NCBI GenBank assembly: GCA_951406725.2
Contig: OX597830.1
Coordinates: 33,046,001 to 33,110,000, forward strand
DNA from: Octopus vulgaris
Lineage: Eukaryota
Length of the DNA: 64,000 nucleotides
Direction: 5' to 3'
The notes under the pieces were generated by a model. The model worked only from the letters and a program-made list of their open reading frames with translations, had not been told where the DNA came from and ran no database searches. Shown one piece after another: positions 14,694-26,235 of the stretch (its first letter is position 1; each line of letters opens with the position of its first letter). The position numbers were made by a program, and so were the translations under genes.

Positions 14694-15118
14694 TTGGGTC
14701 ATCCCATAAGTAATGCAGTTTTTTTCAGTTGCGTGAACTAAAAGTCGGAAAGGGACAGGATAAACTACCTGCATCAACTTGCTATAAAAGCAGGTGATAA
14801 TTTTACCTTGTACTTATTCTTAGTCAAGGTTTTGAAGAGTGCTGTTCAATTTTAACAGTTATTTTTTTCAAAGCTATAATGGAAGTTAGAAAGGAGCATA
14901 TTTGGCATATTTTGCTTTATGAGTTCAATAAAGGCAGCAACACAACGGAAAGTGCGATGAATATCAAAGCAGTATGTGGGGATTGGATGATAAGCGTAAC
15001 TCTGTTTCAATTGTGGTTCCAGAAATTCCGGCTCATCTTCTACAGCCTAGAAGAAGAGCCTCATCCTGGAAGATCCATAAAGCTCAACAATGACCTCCTG
15101 CAAACCCTGGTGGAATAA
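14694..15118 (+). mobile_element. mariner transposon 5' end with N-terminal transposase (HTH) remnant
   Basis: TA then TIR-like ttgggtcatcccataagtaatgc; ORF 14879..15118 MEVRKEHIWHILLYEFNKG...WFQKFR...SLEEEPHPGR matches mariner HTH region (WFxxF, LEDxPRxGRP); no DDD domain or 3' TIR. Confidence 0.88.
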
Positions 15119-15274
15119 TTCTCGAATGGTGATTTCTGTATGCAATTCTGTTCTTTGACTACAGCATTAGAGCATTTTAGCTCTTATTTCTAGCAATGTA
15201 GGTGTTTCTAACATTCTAGTCACATTTAGGGACGATTATAGTTTTCCTTTTCAGTGAAACGATTATAGTTTTCC

Positions 15275-15472
15275 TGTGTTGCTCTGTGTTTCTTTCAATT
15301 ATTTTAAATATAACAAAGAATTTAGTAAAATAACTTAATTATCATTAAACTAGTGTTAGGAGCATAAATTGTGAGTAACATCTGGTGGAAGATTTTAATT
15401 CAAAACTTATGAAAGCAAGACATTTGTACTACAGAGCCAGAGCTGGCTTCAGCCAGGCTGGTTTCAAAAGGG
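15275..15472. mobile_element. piggyBac-type MITE, one end preserved
   Basis: Ends ...tcaaaaggg|ttaa; reverse complement aligns by eye with 41876-42095. Confidence 0.6.
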
Positions 15473-15475
15473 TTA

Positions 15476-15790
15476 ACATCCAACTTCCATGCTGGCATGG
15501 GTTTGATAGTTTGACAGGAGCTAGCCAGTTAGAAGACTGCACCAGGCATCTGTGTCTGTTTTGAGCATGGTTTTTTATGGCTAGATGCCCTTCCTAACAC
15601 CAACCAACCAGCAAACCAATCCAGAGCAGACTGAGTGCTTTTTATGTGGCACCAGCGCAGATGAGGTCAGTTTTGGCATGGTTTTTACAGCTGGATGCCC
15701 TTCCAAATACCAACCACTTCACAGTGTGGACTGGATGCTTTTTTATGTGACACCAGCACCGGCAGGGTCACCAAGTAACTTGCAAAACAA
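15476..15790 (-). mobile_element. RTE 3' tail (diverged, internal duplication)
   Basis: ttccatgctggcatgggtt...gatgcccttcctaacaccaacc, with the gatgcccttcc block twice. Confidence 0.8.
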
Positions 15791-15929
15791 GGTATTTTGA
15801 AAGGAGAGGGGACATTGGAAGAGGTGAATGTGTGTATAAAATAACTCTATGTATGTGGTGTGTGTGTATTTGTGTGCATGCGCTTGTATACATTGATTTG
15901 AATGTGGCCAGTTATGGAGTATATGCATC

Positions 15930-16360
15930 ACTTTCTTTTATCTTTTACTTGTTTCAGTCATTGGACTGTGGCCATACTGGGGCACCACCTTGACTGGTCA
16001 AATGAATTGACTCCCCACCCCCAGTGCTTATTTTTTTAAACTCCTGGTATTTCTTCAATCAATGTCTTTTTGCCAAACTTCTAAGTTACAGGGTTGAAAA
16101 CAAACCAACACCAGTTATCAAACAGTGGTGGGGGACAAGCACAAGCACAACAACACGAACACACATATATACACACATACATATACATACACATATATAC
16201 AATGGGCTTCTTTCAGTTTCCATCAGCCAAAATCTATTCAGAAAACTTTGGTCAGCCTAGCATTATAGTAGAAGACATTTGCTCAAGGTGTCATACAGTA
16301 TAGAACTAAACTGAACACCATAAAGCTGGAAACCAAAGTTTTTATCAGAGAGTCTGCGCC
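15930..16360 (-). mobile_element. SINE-A, diverged full length
   Basis: cttttacttgtttcagtcattggactgtggcc ... tagtagaagacatttgctcaaggtg ... ctgcgcc. Confidence 0.8.
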
Positions 16361-16362
16361 TG

Positions 16363-16511
16363 GACTGGCATAGCTAGAATGTGTGCCACTCGGGGTAGCC
16401 CTCCAGTTTTCCAGCCTGGGTTCCACAAAGAATACATATTGTCTACAGCAGACCCAAAAGTGGTGCCGCCCCCATAAAAACTCTGCCTGGGGCATGCTAG
16501 CTATGCTAGTG
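16363..16511. mobile_element. Short MITE with ~14-bp TIRs (hAT-like), copy 1
   Basis: actggcatagctag ... ctagctatgctagt; internal acatattg(t/c)ctacagcagacc shared with 26552-26721. Superfamily assignment tentative. Confidence 0.7.
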
Positions 16512-17715
16512 TATGCTTGAGAATATGTATATAAAATAAAATAGCTCTGCATATGAAAATGCATATATCAGTCTATATGTGTACATATATGCATATATGT
16601 ATATATATATATGTGTACATATATGCATATATGTATATATATATATATGTGTGTATATATATATATGTGTGTATATATATATGTATGTAGCAATTTGTAT
16701 CTGGCTAATTATGCAGCATGTGTATATCACTACCTTTATATATATGACCGTTTATCAGTCAGAATATAAACTTTTCCAATAACCTCAGTATTCATACTTT
16801 GCTGCCCTCTGTTGGGAATATGCACAACTACACAACATTCTTCTATTATGTTTTTCCTCTTTTCTTCTGACTTATTTTTGACAATTTACTATTGTGTTAT
16901 TTCCATAGACTTTTAGATAATTGCTTGATTATAGGAATAAATTGTATAGAAATATCAATAAATGTAGAAATCTTTTGATAATAAATAACAGTAGATATAA
17001 TAATATATAATAATAAGATTAGCTTGTATGTGTGTGTATATATATATATATATCTACATATATCTATATATGTGTATGTGTGTATGTATATGTATATATG
17101 TGTTGTGTAGGTAATAATATAATCGTGTGTATAGATGTTGTATGTGTGTATAATTATTCTCAGAAACTGCCTGAAAATATTAATTGAAAATATGAATTTT
17201 CTGAAAACTTAATTAGTCAATAGAGAAGGAATTAAGAAAACTCTGAGGATGGTTAGAAATTTTTCAATTGCTGCAAAGGAGGGAATAATTCTTAATTAGC
17301 AAAGATTTCGGATAATGATTTAAGAAATGTCACAAGGAAGCCAGATGATTTTGCTTGATAAACAGTTTACATAAGAGAATGTAAACAATATATGCTGTTT
17401 TATATCACTGGCAGCAGTATCATCATCATCATCATCATCTATCGCTGCTATTGAAATCATAATGATTTCATTACAACACTTGTCATAGCGATTATCTCCT
17501 ATAACTCCTCCTTTCCTCCTCTCGCCAACACTACCACCACCATCACCACCACCATCACCACCACCACTACCACCACCACCACCACCACACTGCATCCTTC
17601 TCTTCCTTATCATTGTCATCGTTGTCATCATCCTCTTCATCATTATTGTTTCCATGATCATTAGAATAAATCTTTATCATCACCATTTTTACCATATATT
17701 ATAATAGAATTTTAC

Positions 17716-17753
<38 letters not shown>

Positions 17754-17775
17754 GCAACCACAAACACATACACAT

Positions 17776-17828
<53 letters not shown>

Positions 17829-18007
17829 TGCAGGAGTGGCTGTGTGGTAAGTAGCTTGTTTACCAACCACATGGTTCTGGGTTCAGTCCCACTGCATGGC
17901 ATCTTGGGCAAGTGTCTTCTGCTATAGCCTCAGGCCGTCCAAAGCCTTGTGAGTGGATTTGGTAGACGGAAACTGAAAGAAGCCCGTCGTATGTATGTAT
18001 ATATATA

Positions 18008-19378
18008 TGGCCCTGCTCGATCTGTAGAAAAGGTGTAGGTAGAAACTCTATAAGATGTACCCAGTGTAAGCTATGGACACATAAGAGGTGCAGCAATGTC
18101 AAAGGTAGGCTAACTGGGAAGATAGTTTTTGTATGTGGCAGATGCTCTGGAGCATTGACCTCCGAAAATCTGCAGAAAACAACTTCCGTCACTTTCCGGG
18201 GGAAAAACTAGAAGTAGTTGATAGCTTCCGCTATCTAGGTGACCAAGTCAGTAGTGGGGGTGGGTGCGCTGAAAGTGTAACTGCTAGAATAAGGCAAAGT
18301 TTAGGGAGCTCTAACCTGGGCAAAGTTTAGGGAGCTCTTACCTCTGCTGGTGACTAAAGGCCTCTCGCTCAGAGTAAAAGGCAGACTGTATGATGCATGT
18401 GTACGAACAGCTATGCTACATGGCAGTGAAACATGGTCCGTGACTGCTGAGGACATGCGTAAGCTCGTGAGGAACAAAGCCAGTATGCTCCGATGGATGT
18501 GTAATGTCAGTGTACTTACTCGACAGAGCGTTAGTACCTTGAGAGAAATGTTGTACCTAAGAAGCATCAGTTGTTGTGTGCAAGAGAGACGATTGCGCTG
18601 GTATGGTCATGTGGCGAGAATGGATGAAGATAGGTGTGTGAGAAAGTGCCAATCCCTAGCAGTTGAGGGAACCCGTGGAAGAGGTAGACCCAGGAAAACC
18701 TGGGACGAGGTGGTGAAGCACGACCTTCGGACGTTAGGTCTCACCATGGAAATGACTAGAGACCGAGACCTATGGAAGTATGCTGTGCGTGAGAAGACCC
18801 GGCAAGACTAGTGAAGCTTGTGAAGACCTGTTGAGGCAAGTGAGAATCGAATCGAATCAAATCAAATCAAATCGAACCAAATCCAAATAGATGAACATCA
18901 ATGGAATTTGTATCCTTGTGGTACCAGTGCCGGTGGCACATAAGAAAACCATCCGAACGTGACCGTAGCCAGTACCGCAACGACTGGCCTCCGTGCTGAG
19001 AGCACGTAACAAACACCATCCGAGCGTGGCCGTCCGCCAGCCTCGTCTGGCACCTGTGTCGGTGACACATAAGAAAACACCATCCGAGCGTGGCCGTCAG
19101 CCAGCCTCGTCTGGCACCTGTGTCGGTGGCACATAAAAAAACACCATCCGAGCGTGGCCGTCTGCCAGCCTCGTCTGGCACCTGTGTCGGTGGCACATAA
19201 AATCACCCACTACACTCTCGGAGTGGTTGGCGTTAGGAAGGGCATCCAGCTGTAGAAACACTGCCAGATCTGACTGGCCTGGTGCAGCCTTCGGGCTTGC
19301 CAGACCCCAGTTGAACCGTCCAACCCATGCTAGCATGGAAAGCGGACGTTAAACGATGATGATGATGATGATGATGAT
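18008..19378 (+). mobile_element. 5'-truncated RTE-clade LINE: PHD finger + RT C-terminus + 3'UTR
   Basis: WPCSICRKGVGRNSIRCTQCKLWTHKRC...FVCGRC, then (frameshift) EKLEVVDSFRYLGD, ORF 18350..18811 with MLHGSETW, RRLRWYGHVARM, RGRGRPRKTW; 3'UTR ends in (GAT)n; a 20-bp internal duplication (ggcaaagtttagggagctct). Confidence 0.93.
18927..19208 (+). repeat. ~64-bp tandem array (4+ units) in the RTE 3'UTR
   Basis: ccatccga anchors at 18949, 19016, 19080, 19144 (spacing 67, 64, 64). Confidence 0.93.
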
Positions 19379-21134
19379 ATATATATATATATATACGCAT
19401 GTGGGTGTTTGTGTGTCTGTGTTTGTCCCCCTAGCATTGCTTGACAACCGATACTGGTGTGTTTATGTCCCCATTACTTAGCGGTTTGGCAAAAAGAGAC
19501 TGATAGAATAAGTACTGGGCTTACAAAAAGAATAAGTCCCGGGGTCGAGTTACTCGATTAAAGGCGGTGCTCCAGCATGGCCACAGTCAAATGACTGAAA
19601 CAAGTAAAAGAGTAAAAGAGTAAAGAGTATATATACCACCGAGGTCGACTTTGCTGTTCATCCATGCAGGGTCGATAAATTAAGTACCAGTTGTGTACTG
19701 GGGTCGATCTATATATATATACACACACATATATATATTTACCAAACCTCATGATATTGCTTCTAATAAATCTTGATTTTTATGACTACACCAACTATGA
19801 TGTCTGTCTGCTCCCTCAGCCCTACCCCTAACAGATGCTGCCCTCTGTTCTCTCAGCCTTAGATATACAAGCGATTTGATAAACTAGTCTATACATTAAA
19901 ATTAAAACTGACCCATAAAAACAAAAAATCAGTGACAGGCAGAGTCTGTAACAATATATATCTTCTTGAAAATTCAGTAACTTCTAAACTGGAGTGAGAC
20001 AGCATCTCCTTTGTCTATCTCCTTAACACCTTGTAGATTTTCGGTATAATTATACTAATGTGTCCATCTGTTCTTATTTAATTAAATTCTATGTATTTGT
20101 GCAGCTGAGGATTGCTCTGCATTTTAAATTGATGTAATGATTGCATTGTTCAATTAAATGGAGTTGCATGATACGATCGTACTGCATTACCTCTGGATAT
20201 TTTGATATATATATATACACACACACAAACATATCCATTCAGGAAATAGCAAAAGATAGATTTTGGAATAATACATATATATTATCTTAACTCAATTTAA
20301 AAAGCAGTACATTTTATCTCGAATATAAAACATTAGTACTAATAAAATAGATTAATTCAGTCCCAATGTATTTTTCTATACACTTTTTTTTCTTCAAATT
20401 TAGTTTTATATATTTAGTATTGAAACAGATATGAAATATTGTTTTCTTCAAGAAGTATAAGGTCAATGTTATTTCCTTCAGAGGTGTGTAGTTGATTGAG
20501 TTAAATTTAGTACATTATGATTGAGTATTTTATTAATTGGGGAAAGAAACTGGTAGGAGATTAATTCCAAAGTAAATAGAATATATGTAATCAGCTACCT
20601 CAATGCTATGTCTGCTTTGTAAAGAAATATCTTGACGTTGATTCGTTTATTTTTCAGTAGATTCTTTTCTGTTCTTTTCTACCCAAGGCACAAGGCCGGA
20701 AATTTTCTGGGGTTTGGGGGGGGCAGTCAATTAGATCGACCCCAGTACACAACTGGTACTTAATTTATCGACCCTGCATGGATGAACAACAAAGTCGACC
20801 TTGGTGGTATATATTTCACTAATGCTAAAATATGAAAAGCAAAGCTGACTTTGGTGTAATTTGAAATCAGAATGTAAAGATGGACAAAATGCTTAGCAGC
20901 ATCTTTTCTGGTGTGCTAACAGTTCTGCTGCTTTCTGTTTTACCAAACTGTATAGTAATTCTTTCTACAATTGGCACAAAGCTTGAAATTTGGAAGGAAA
21001 TAGCTACATCAACCCAAGTGCTCAACTACTTTTTATTTCATCAATGCTGGAAAAATGGAAGGCTAATTTGACTTTGGTAGATTTTTAGCTTAGACTGTAA
21101 AGACAAAAGAATTATCACTGCAACGCTATTTATT

Positions 21135-21575
21135 TCTTGCGAAAACCTGCTGAACCAAGTGAAATCGTAGTTGTGGCTGATGCCAGTGGCACATAAAAGA
21201 CACCATTTGAGCATGGCTGATGCCAGTGCTGCCAGACTGGCACCCATGCTGGTTGCACATAAAAAGCACCTTTCGAGTGTGGCCAGTGTCAGTGCTGCCT
21301 GACTAGCACCCGTGCTGGTGGCATGTAAAATGCATCATTTGAGCATGGCCAATACCAGTGCCACCTGACTGGCTTCTGTGCAGGTGGAATGAAAAAAAGT
21401 GCCCACTACACTCTCAGAGTGGTTGGCATTAGGAAGGGCATCCAGCGGTAGAAACCTTGCCAAATCATATTGGAACCTGGTGCAGCCACCCGGTTTGCCA
21501 CTCCTAAGTCAAACCATCCAACCCATGCCAGCATGGAAAGCAGATGTCAAACGACAACGACAATGATGTTGATGA
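21135..21575 (+). mobile_element. RTE 3'UTR copy with tandem array
   Basis: Repeated ggtggca(c/t)...aaaa..cacc units then ggagtggttggcattaggaagggcatccag-type tail. Confidence 0.88.
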
Positions 21576-22244
21576 TTTTGTCTGGCATGCAAATGACTCT
21601 GCTAACCCCCACCCTCTACCAGCCTTACCTCACTATACAACAACAACAAGCAGTTCTTTATACAGAATCATTTCTCTGTGAAAGTCAGTTGATGGATCTT
21701 TCCAACGTACCATTTTTGTATCCCATCATCGTATTTACTTTCCATATCAAAGAAAATTGTTTATATCAAAGAGAATGCTTTAATTTCTATCTCACTGTTT
21801 TGATTATGATTTACTGATTAAATCATTTATTTCTTCAAACAAATACATTTGCATTTCATATTAAGTAGAAAGTGAAATGGCTATGGTTCAGATAGTCGCT
21901 ACATACATGACAAAGTAATAGTGACAACTAGTGTATCTATTCCAGCTGTAGTTATCATTGCTGATGGTAAATGATAAATGGTAACAATTAAACAAAAATA
22001 GAATTAAAAATAAAGTTAATTCTAAAACATACTTATGCATTAATAAATTCGTCTGAATTAATAAATCATTAATATAATCGTTTTAACATCTTTTTTTCCA
22101 TATTTGCTTGGTTCAGATGGAATTTATGGAGGAAGATTTTTCTACAGCTGGATGCTCTTCCGGTTCCCTACTTGTGCTTGTTTTTAACCATGGTAATTTA
22201 ATCTTCCATTGGAAGATGGCTAACCGTTAAAACTTGACCAGATA

Positions 22245-22680
22245 GGTGCAGGAGTGGCTGTATGGTAAGTGGCTTGCTTACCAACCACATGGTTCCGGGT
22301 TCAGTCCCACTGCATGGCATCTTGGGGGAGTGTCTTCTGCTGTAGCCTCAGGCCGACCAAAGCCTTGTGAGTGGATTTGGTAGACGGAAACTGAAAGAAG
22401 CCCGTCATATATATATATATATATATATATATGTGCATGTGTGTGTGTGTGTGTGTATGTGTGTGTTTGTGTGTGTGTGTGTTTGTCCCCTCCAACATCG
22501 CTTGACAACCAATGGAGATGTGTTTACGTCTGCGTCACTTAGTGGTTCAGCAAAAGAGGCCGATAGAATAAGTACTAGGCTTTCAAAGAATAAGTCCTGA
22601 GGTCGATTTGCTCGACTGAAGGCGGTACTCCAGTATGGCCACAGTCAAATGACTGAAACAAATAAAAAGAAAAAAAGAGA
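22245..22680 (+). mobile_element. SINE-A, full length (another diverged copy at ~23058-23450)
   Basis: Colinear with the 8772 copy from head to tail. Confidence 0.92.
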
Positions 22681-22997
22681 TGTGTCTTAATACCAGATTG
22701 GAAGCAAATGATACTGTTTTTATCATGGTGGCACTCATTTGTGACCATTATGCAATGTTATGGCAAAGTGGGACAAACAGAAATACCCACACATACACAT
22801 ACACACATACATAATACATACATACATACATACATACATACATACATACATACATACATACATACATACACACAAACAAAAATACCCTGTTGTTGATGTT
22901 GAAATTCCAATGAAGTAATCTTGGATTTAGGTTAGAAAATGTTTCTTTTTCTATTGGCAAGAAATCTTGAAATAAAACTGAACAATAGCATACACAG

Positions 22998-23035
<38 letters not shown>

Positions 23036-23445
23036 ACACTCACACATGCACACACACATGGCTGTGTGGTAAGAAGCTTTCTTCCCAACAACATGGTTAC
23101 GGATTCAGTTCCACTGTGTGGAACCTTAGGCAAGTGTTTTCTACTGTAGTCCAAGTCTCACCAAAACCTTGCAAATGGATATCGTAGATAAAAACGGGAA
23201 AGAGACCCGTTGTATATGTTTCTGTATGTTTGCATGTCTTTGTGTCTGTGTTTTCCCCCATCACCACCAGACAGCAGGTGTTGGTGTGTTTACTTCCCTG
23301 TAATTCAGTGGTTCAATAAAAGAGACTGATAAAATAAGTAGAAGGTTTAAAACAATAAGCACTGGGGTCTGTTCCTATTAATTTGACCAAAACTCTTGAA
23401 GGTGGTGCTTCAGCATGGCTGCTGTCTAATGACTGAAACAAGTGA

Positions 23446-23477
<32 letters not shown>

Positions 23478-23479
23478 CA

Positions 23480-23690
23480 AAGTTAATCCAAACAAGAAAG
23501 CACAAAAAAACACAACAATGAGAGGACGTGGAACAAATATAGTATTATTGGACGCTCAGGAAAGAAGGAAAGAAGGAGGGTTTAACGTTTTGAGTGGAGC
23601 TCTTTGTCGGAAACATAGGAGAAGGAAAGATCCAGAGAAGGGAAGACAGAGGGAAAAAAATCGCCAACGGTACACACGCGGTCGTATATA
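23480..23690 (-). mobile_element. (TA)n-embedded non-autonomous element with decayed hammerhead motif (23580-23614)
   Basis: Minus strand gttt-CCGACAA-a-gagc tcc actc-AAAA-CGTT-aaac followed by ...ttcctgagcgtccaataatac, homologous to the 48920 element. Confidence 0.6.
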
Positions 23691-23744
23691 TATATATATA
23701 GATATAGATATACATACATATATACATATATATATATACATAAT

Positions 23745-23791
<47 letters not shown>

Positions 23792-24677
23792 CATATACAT
23801 ATATATACACACACAAACACACAAACATGTATATATATACATATACATACACACATACACACATATATATGATGGATTTCTTTCAGTTTCCACCCGCTGA
23901 ACCTGAAACCAGATGGCTGGAAGCATATTTATGAACAACACCTATAAAAAAACCTGGGTGATATATAAAAACAAAAAAAACATAAGACTTGTGTTCTTCC
24001 GTTGTTTAGTATACCAGTGTCACACTTCAGGGTAACAACTACAATTAAAAAAAGTACCAGCATACTAAGTAGAAAAAGGCTCACTCGGAGACAATAGCAA
24101 TGGCAAACAGATGATACAAGGATGAGGTAGAGGTGACTAGTGGGGTAACTTCACGAAAATAACAATAATAGGATTAGACGTACCAACGGAGTTAACTGAA
24201 ATTAAATGGTGGGTGCCAATGGAATTAATGTACCATGCTTACAAGTCATTTGAAATATTTCTGGTTTTACTCAGTCATCACTCTCAAAGCCATCAGCATC
24301 TTTGTCATCACTGTCATTGCCATTGCCATCATCGCTACTGTTGTTCTTGTCACTATTGTCATTGTCATGTTGGCATCTACAATTCAATGCATGTATGGGT
24401 CATATGGATTTCAGTGGGGGTGGATTTTCTACAGCTGGATGTCCTTTGTGGCATCAACCCTCATTTGCTCCCATGCAAGGTTTTTTATTTTCCAATGACT
24501 GGACATATCTTCATTGAAGACTGTAAACAAATGACACCACTTGTATGGTGGGGACACTCATTTACAACATACCTGTGATATTCAGACAAGAAGGCACAAA
24601 TGCATCAACACACACACACACGGGCACATTCACATACCCAACTTTTTTTTCTTCAGTTTGATGTTTTTTCAGAATGA

Positions 24678-24726
<49 letters not shown>

Positions 24727-24730
24727 TTTA

Positions 24731-25003
24731 TTATTCATGTCACTGCTTGGAATCGAACTCAGAATCTTGGGGTTAGTAGCCTGCACTCTTAATCACTATG
24801 TCATATTCTGAGTTCGATTCCAGGCAGTGACCTGAATAACAATAATAATAATAATAACATTGAAAAATATCTTAGGAATGAGAACCCAGGTTCAAAATTT
24901 CCCCAAGACACCTGATGAAGGCTGGAGGGTATATCAGCCAAAACATTGTGTTAACCACAAACAAGATGAGGACAAGTATCCGTCAAATGTAAATAATGTA
25001 AAT
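24731..25003 (+). mobile_element. Composite element: inverted tRNA-like head + hammerhead-bearing tail
   Basis: 35-bp inverted arms 24731-24765/24805-24839 containing B-box-like gagttcgattcc, then (AAT)n, hammerhead motif, and end atgtaaataatgtaaataa. Confidence 0.7.
24907..24952 (+). ncRNA. Decayed minimal type-I hammerhead ribozyme motif
   Basis: Stem I gacac/gtgtt, core CTGATGA (24912-24918), extra A, stem II GGCTG/CAGCC, then AAAAC-ATT in place of GAAAC-GTT (two G>A changes at CpG positions). Confidence 0.7.
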
Positions 25004-25004
25004 A

Positions 25005-26210
25005 AAGTAGTTCTTCTGTTTTGATAATTTGCTTTTTAAATGAAGGACAATGTCTTCAAATTTCAGGCTTTCAGCAAATTGTTTATTTATTGTGCCTGAA
25101 ATGCTATGGAAATCTAAAGTTAAGTCATGTTCACCCATAACCCATACCGTTTTTAGCAGCACTACTGCAATGGCTTGGTGCAAATACTACCCAAGTTCTG
25201 CAACAAATTTGAGGTGAATCTAAATAACACATGAGAATATGAAGCAACTCTGGCCTCCACATTTCCTAGCAGTGCCTATTGAGTCCCCCAAATGTTTTCT
25301 TGTGGAAACTAGGTCCCTCAATGAAAGAAAATGGTATTGCAACACAACTGCCAATCCATCCATTTGAAATGTCACTATGCATTTGGTCAATCGAGCTGTG
25401 AGAACATTTTGCTCTGCATTTCCACTGATTCTTTTGAACCCATTGGAATCATCCTCCACCAACTATGTAATTGCTATTGATAATGTATTCTTATGATAAT
25501 CTTCCTCCCTAACAAACCATTTCAAAAATCATTGATTTGTTGCATCATCTTGTATGTGTTATGATGCATTGAAGAAATTTTCTGTTATTATTCACACATC
25601 ACGTCTCAACTTTTCTCTCCTCTTGGGAACAAGAAAACAAAGGGCAATAAATCATAATCCAGATTCAGTTTAATGTTTGCATAAAACAATATCACATCAT
25701 TCGCCACTGTTTTCCTCCGGTTCCTGAGAGAATGGTTGTTGTTTTAGAAGTAGCAGCAACACTGTAATTTCTTGTAGAACATGAACCAATGGCCAAATTT
25801 ATATGTTGCATATCACAGTTGCAAAATTATTTGATATATGATATGCAGATGTTCCCACGCTTGCTGTATGTATTGCAGAAGCTCTGTCAAAGCATCAGGG
25901 TTCTTTCATTAAAAATGTAACCTAACATTCATTTGCTGACCATCTGTAACACCGAGGTAAATTTTGACAAATGATACTGTTGGATCAGAGACAGGCAATA
26001 AGCTCAGTTTACAGAAGGTAGCAAACAACATCTTTGAACTCTCCATGTGTATACGCCAATACTTTCCTGAAAATCTGTTTCTTTCTACCTCTTAAGGTCC
26101 ATGCCCTTATATATTCATACACTATGTGCAAAAGTACTTTTGCATACTTCAAACCAATAAAGATGCCACCTTAACAATGTTCCATATCCCTTCCATTACC
26201 ATTAAACTTG
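25005..26210 (-). pseudogene. Unassigned decayed coding-like island
   Basis: ~1.2 kb free of microsatellites; ORFs 25220..25462 and 24983..25183 lie in one minus-strand frame that continues upstream with scattered stops; no family recognised. Confidence 0.3.
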
Positions 26211-26235
26211 TGTTGGTTATATGACTGTGACTAAC

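Larger units (their letters stand above)
17827..19627 (+). mobile_element. SINE-A split by the RTE insertion (halves ~17827-18007 and ~19380-19627)
   Basis: 5' half ends gaagcccgtcgtatg(ta)n; 3' half resumes (ta)n...gtgtctgtgtttgtcccc and ends in gtaaaaga repeats. Confidence 0.92.

Noticed and set aside
18927-19208. 64-bp periodic palindromic repeats as a CRISPR array
   Set aside because: The whole unit is repeated with no unique spacers, and it is the 3'UTR of an RTE LINE.
24735-24804. tRNA gene (also the SINE heads at 11870-11940 and 26855-26920)
   Set aside because: A/B-box-like motifs only; no complete cloverleaf or acceptor stem, so treated as TE-derived.
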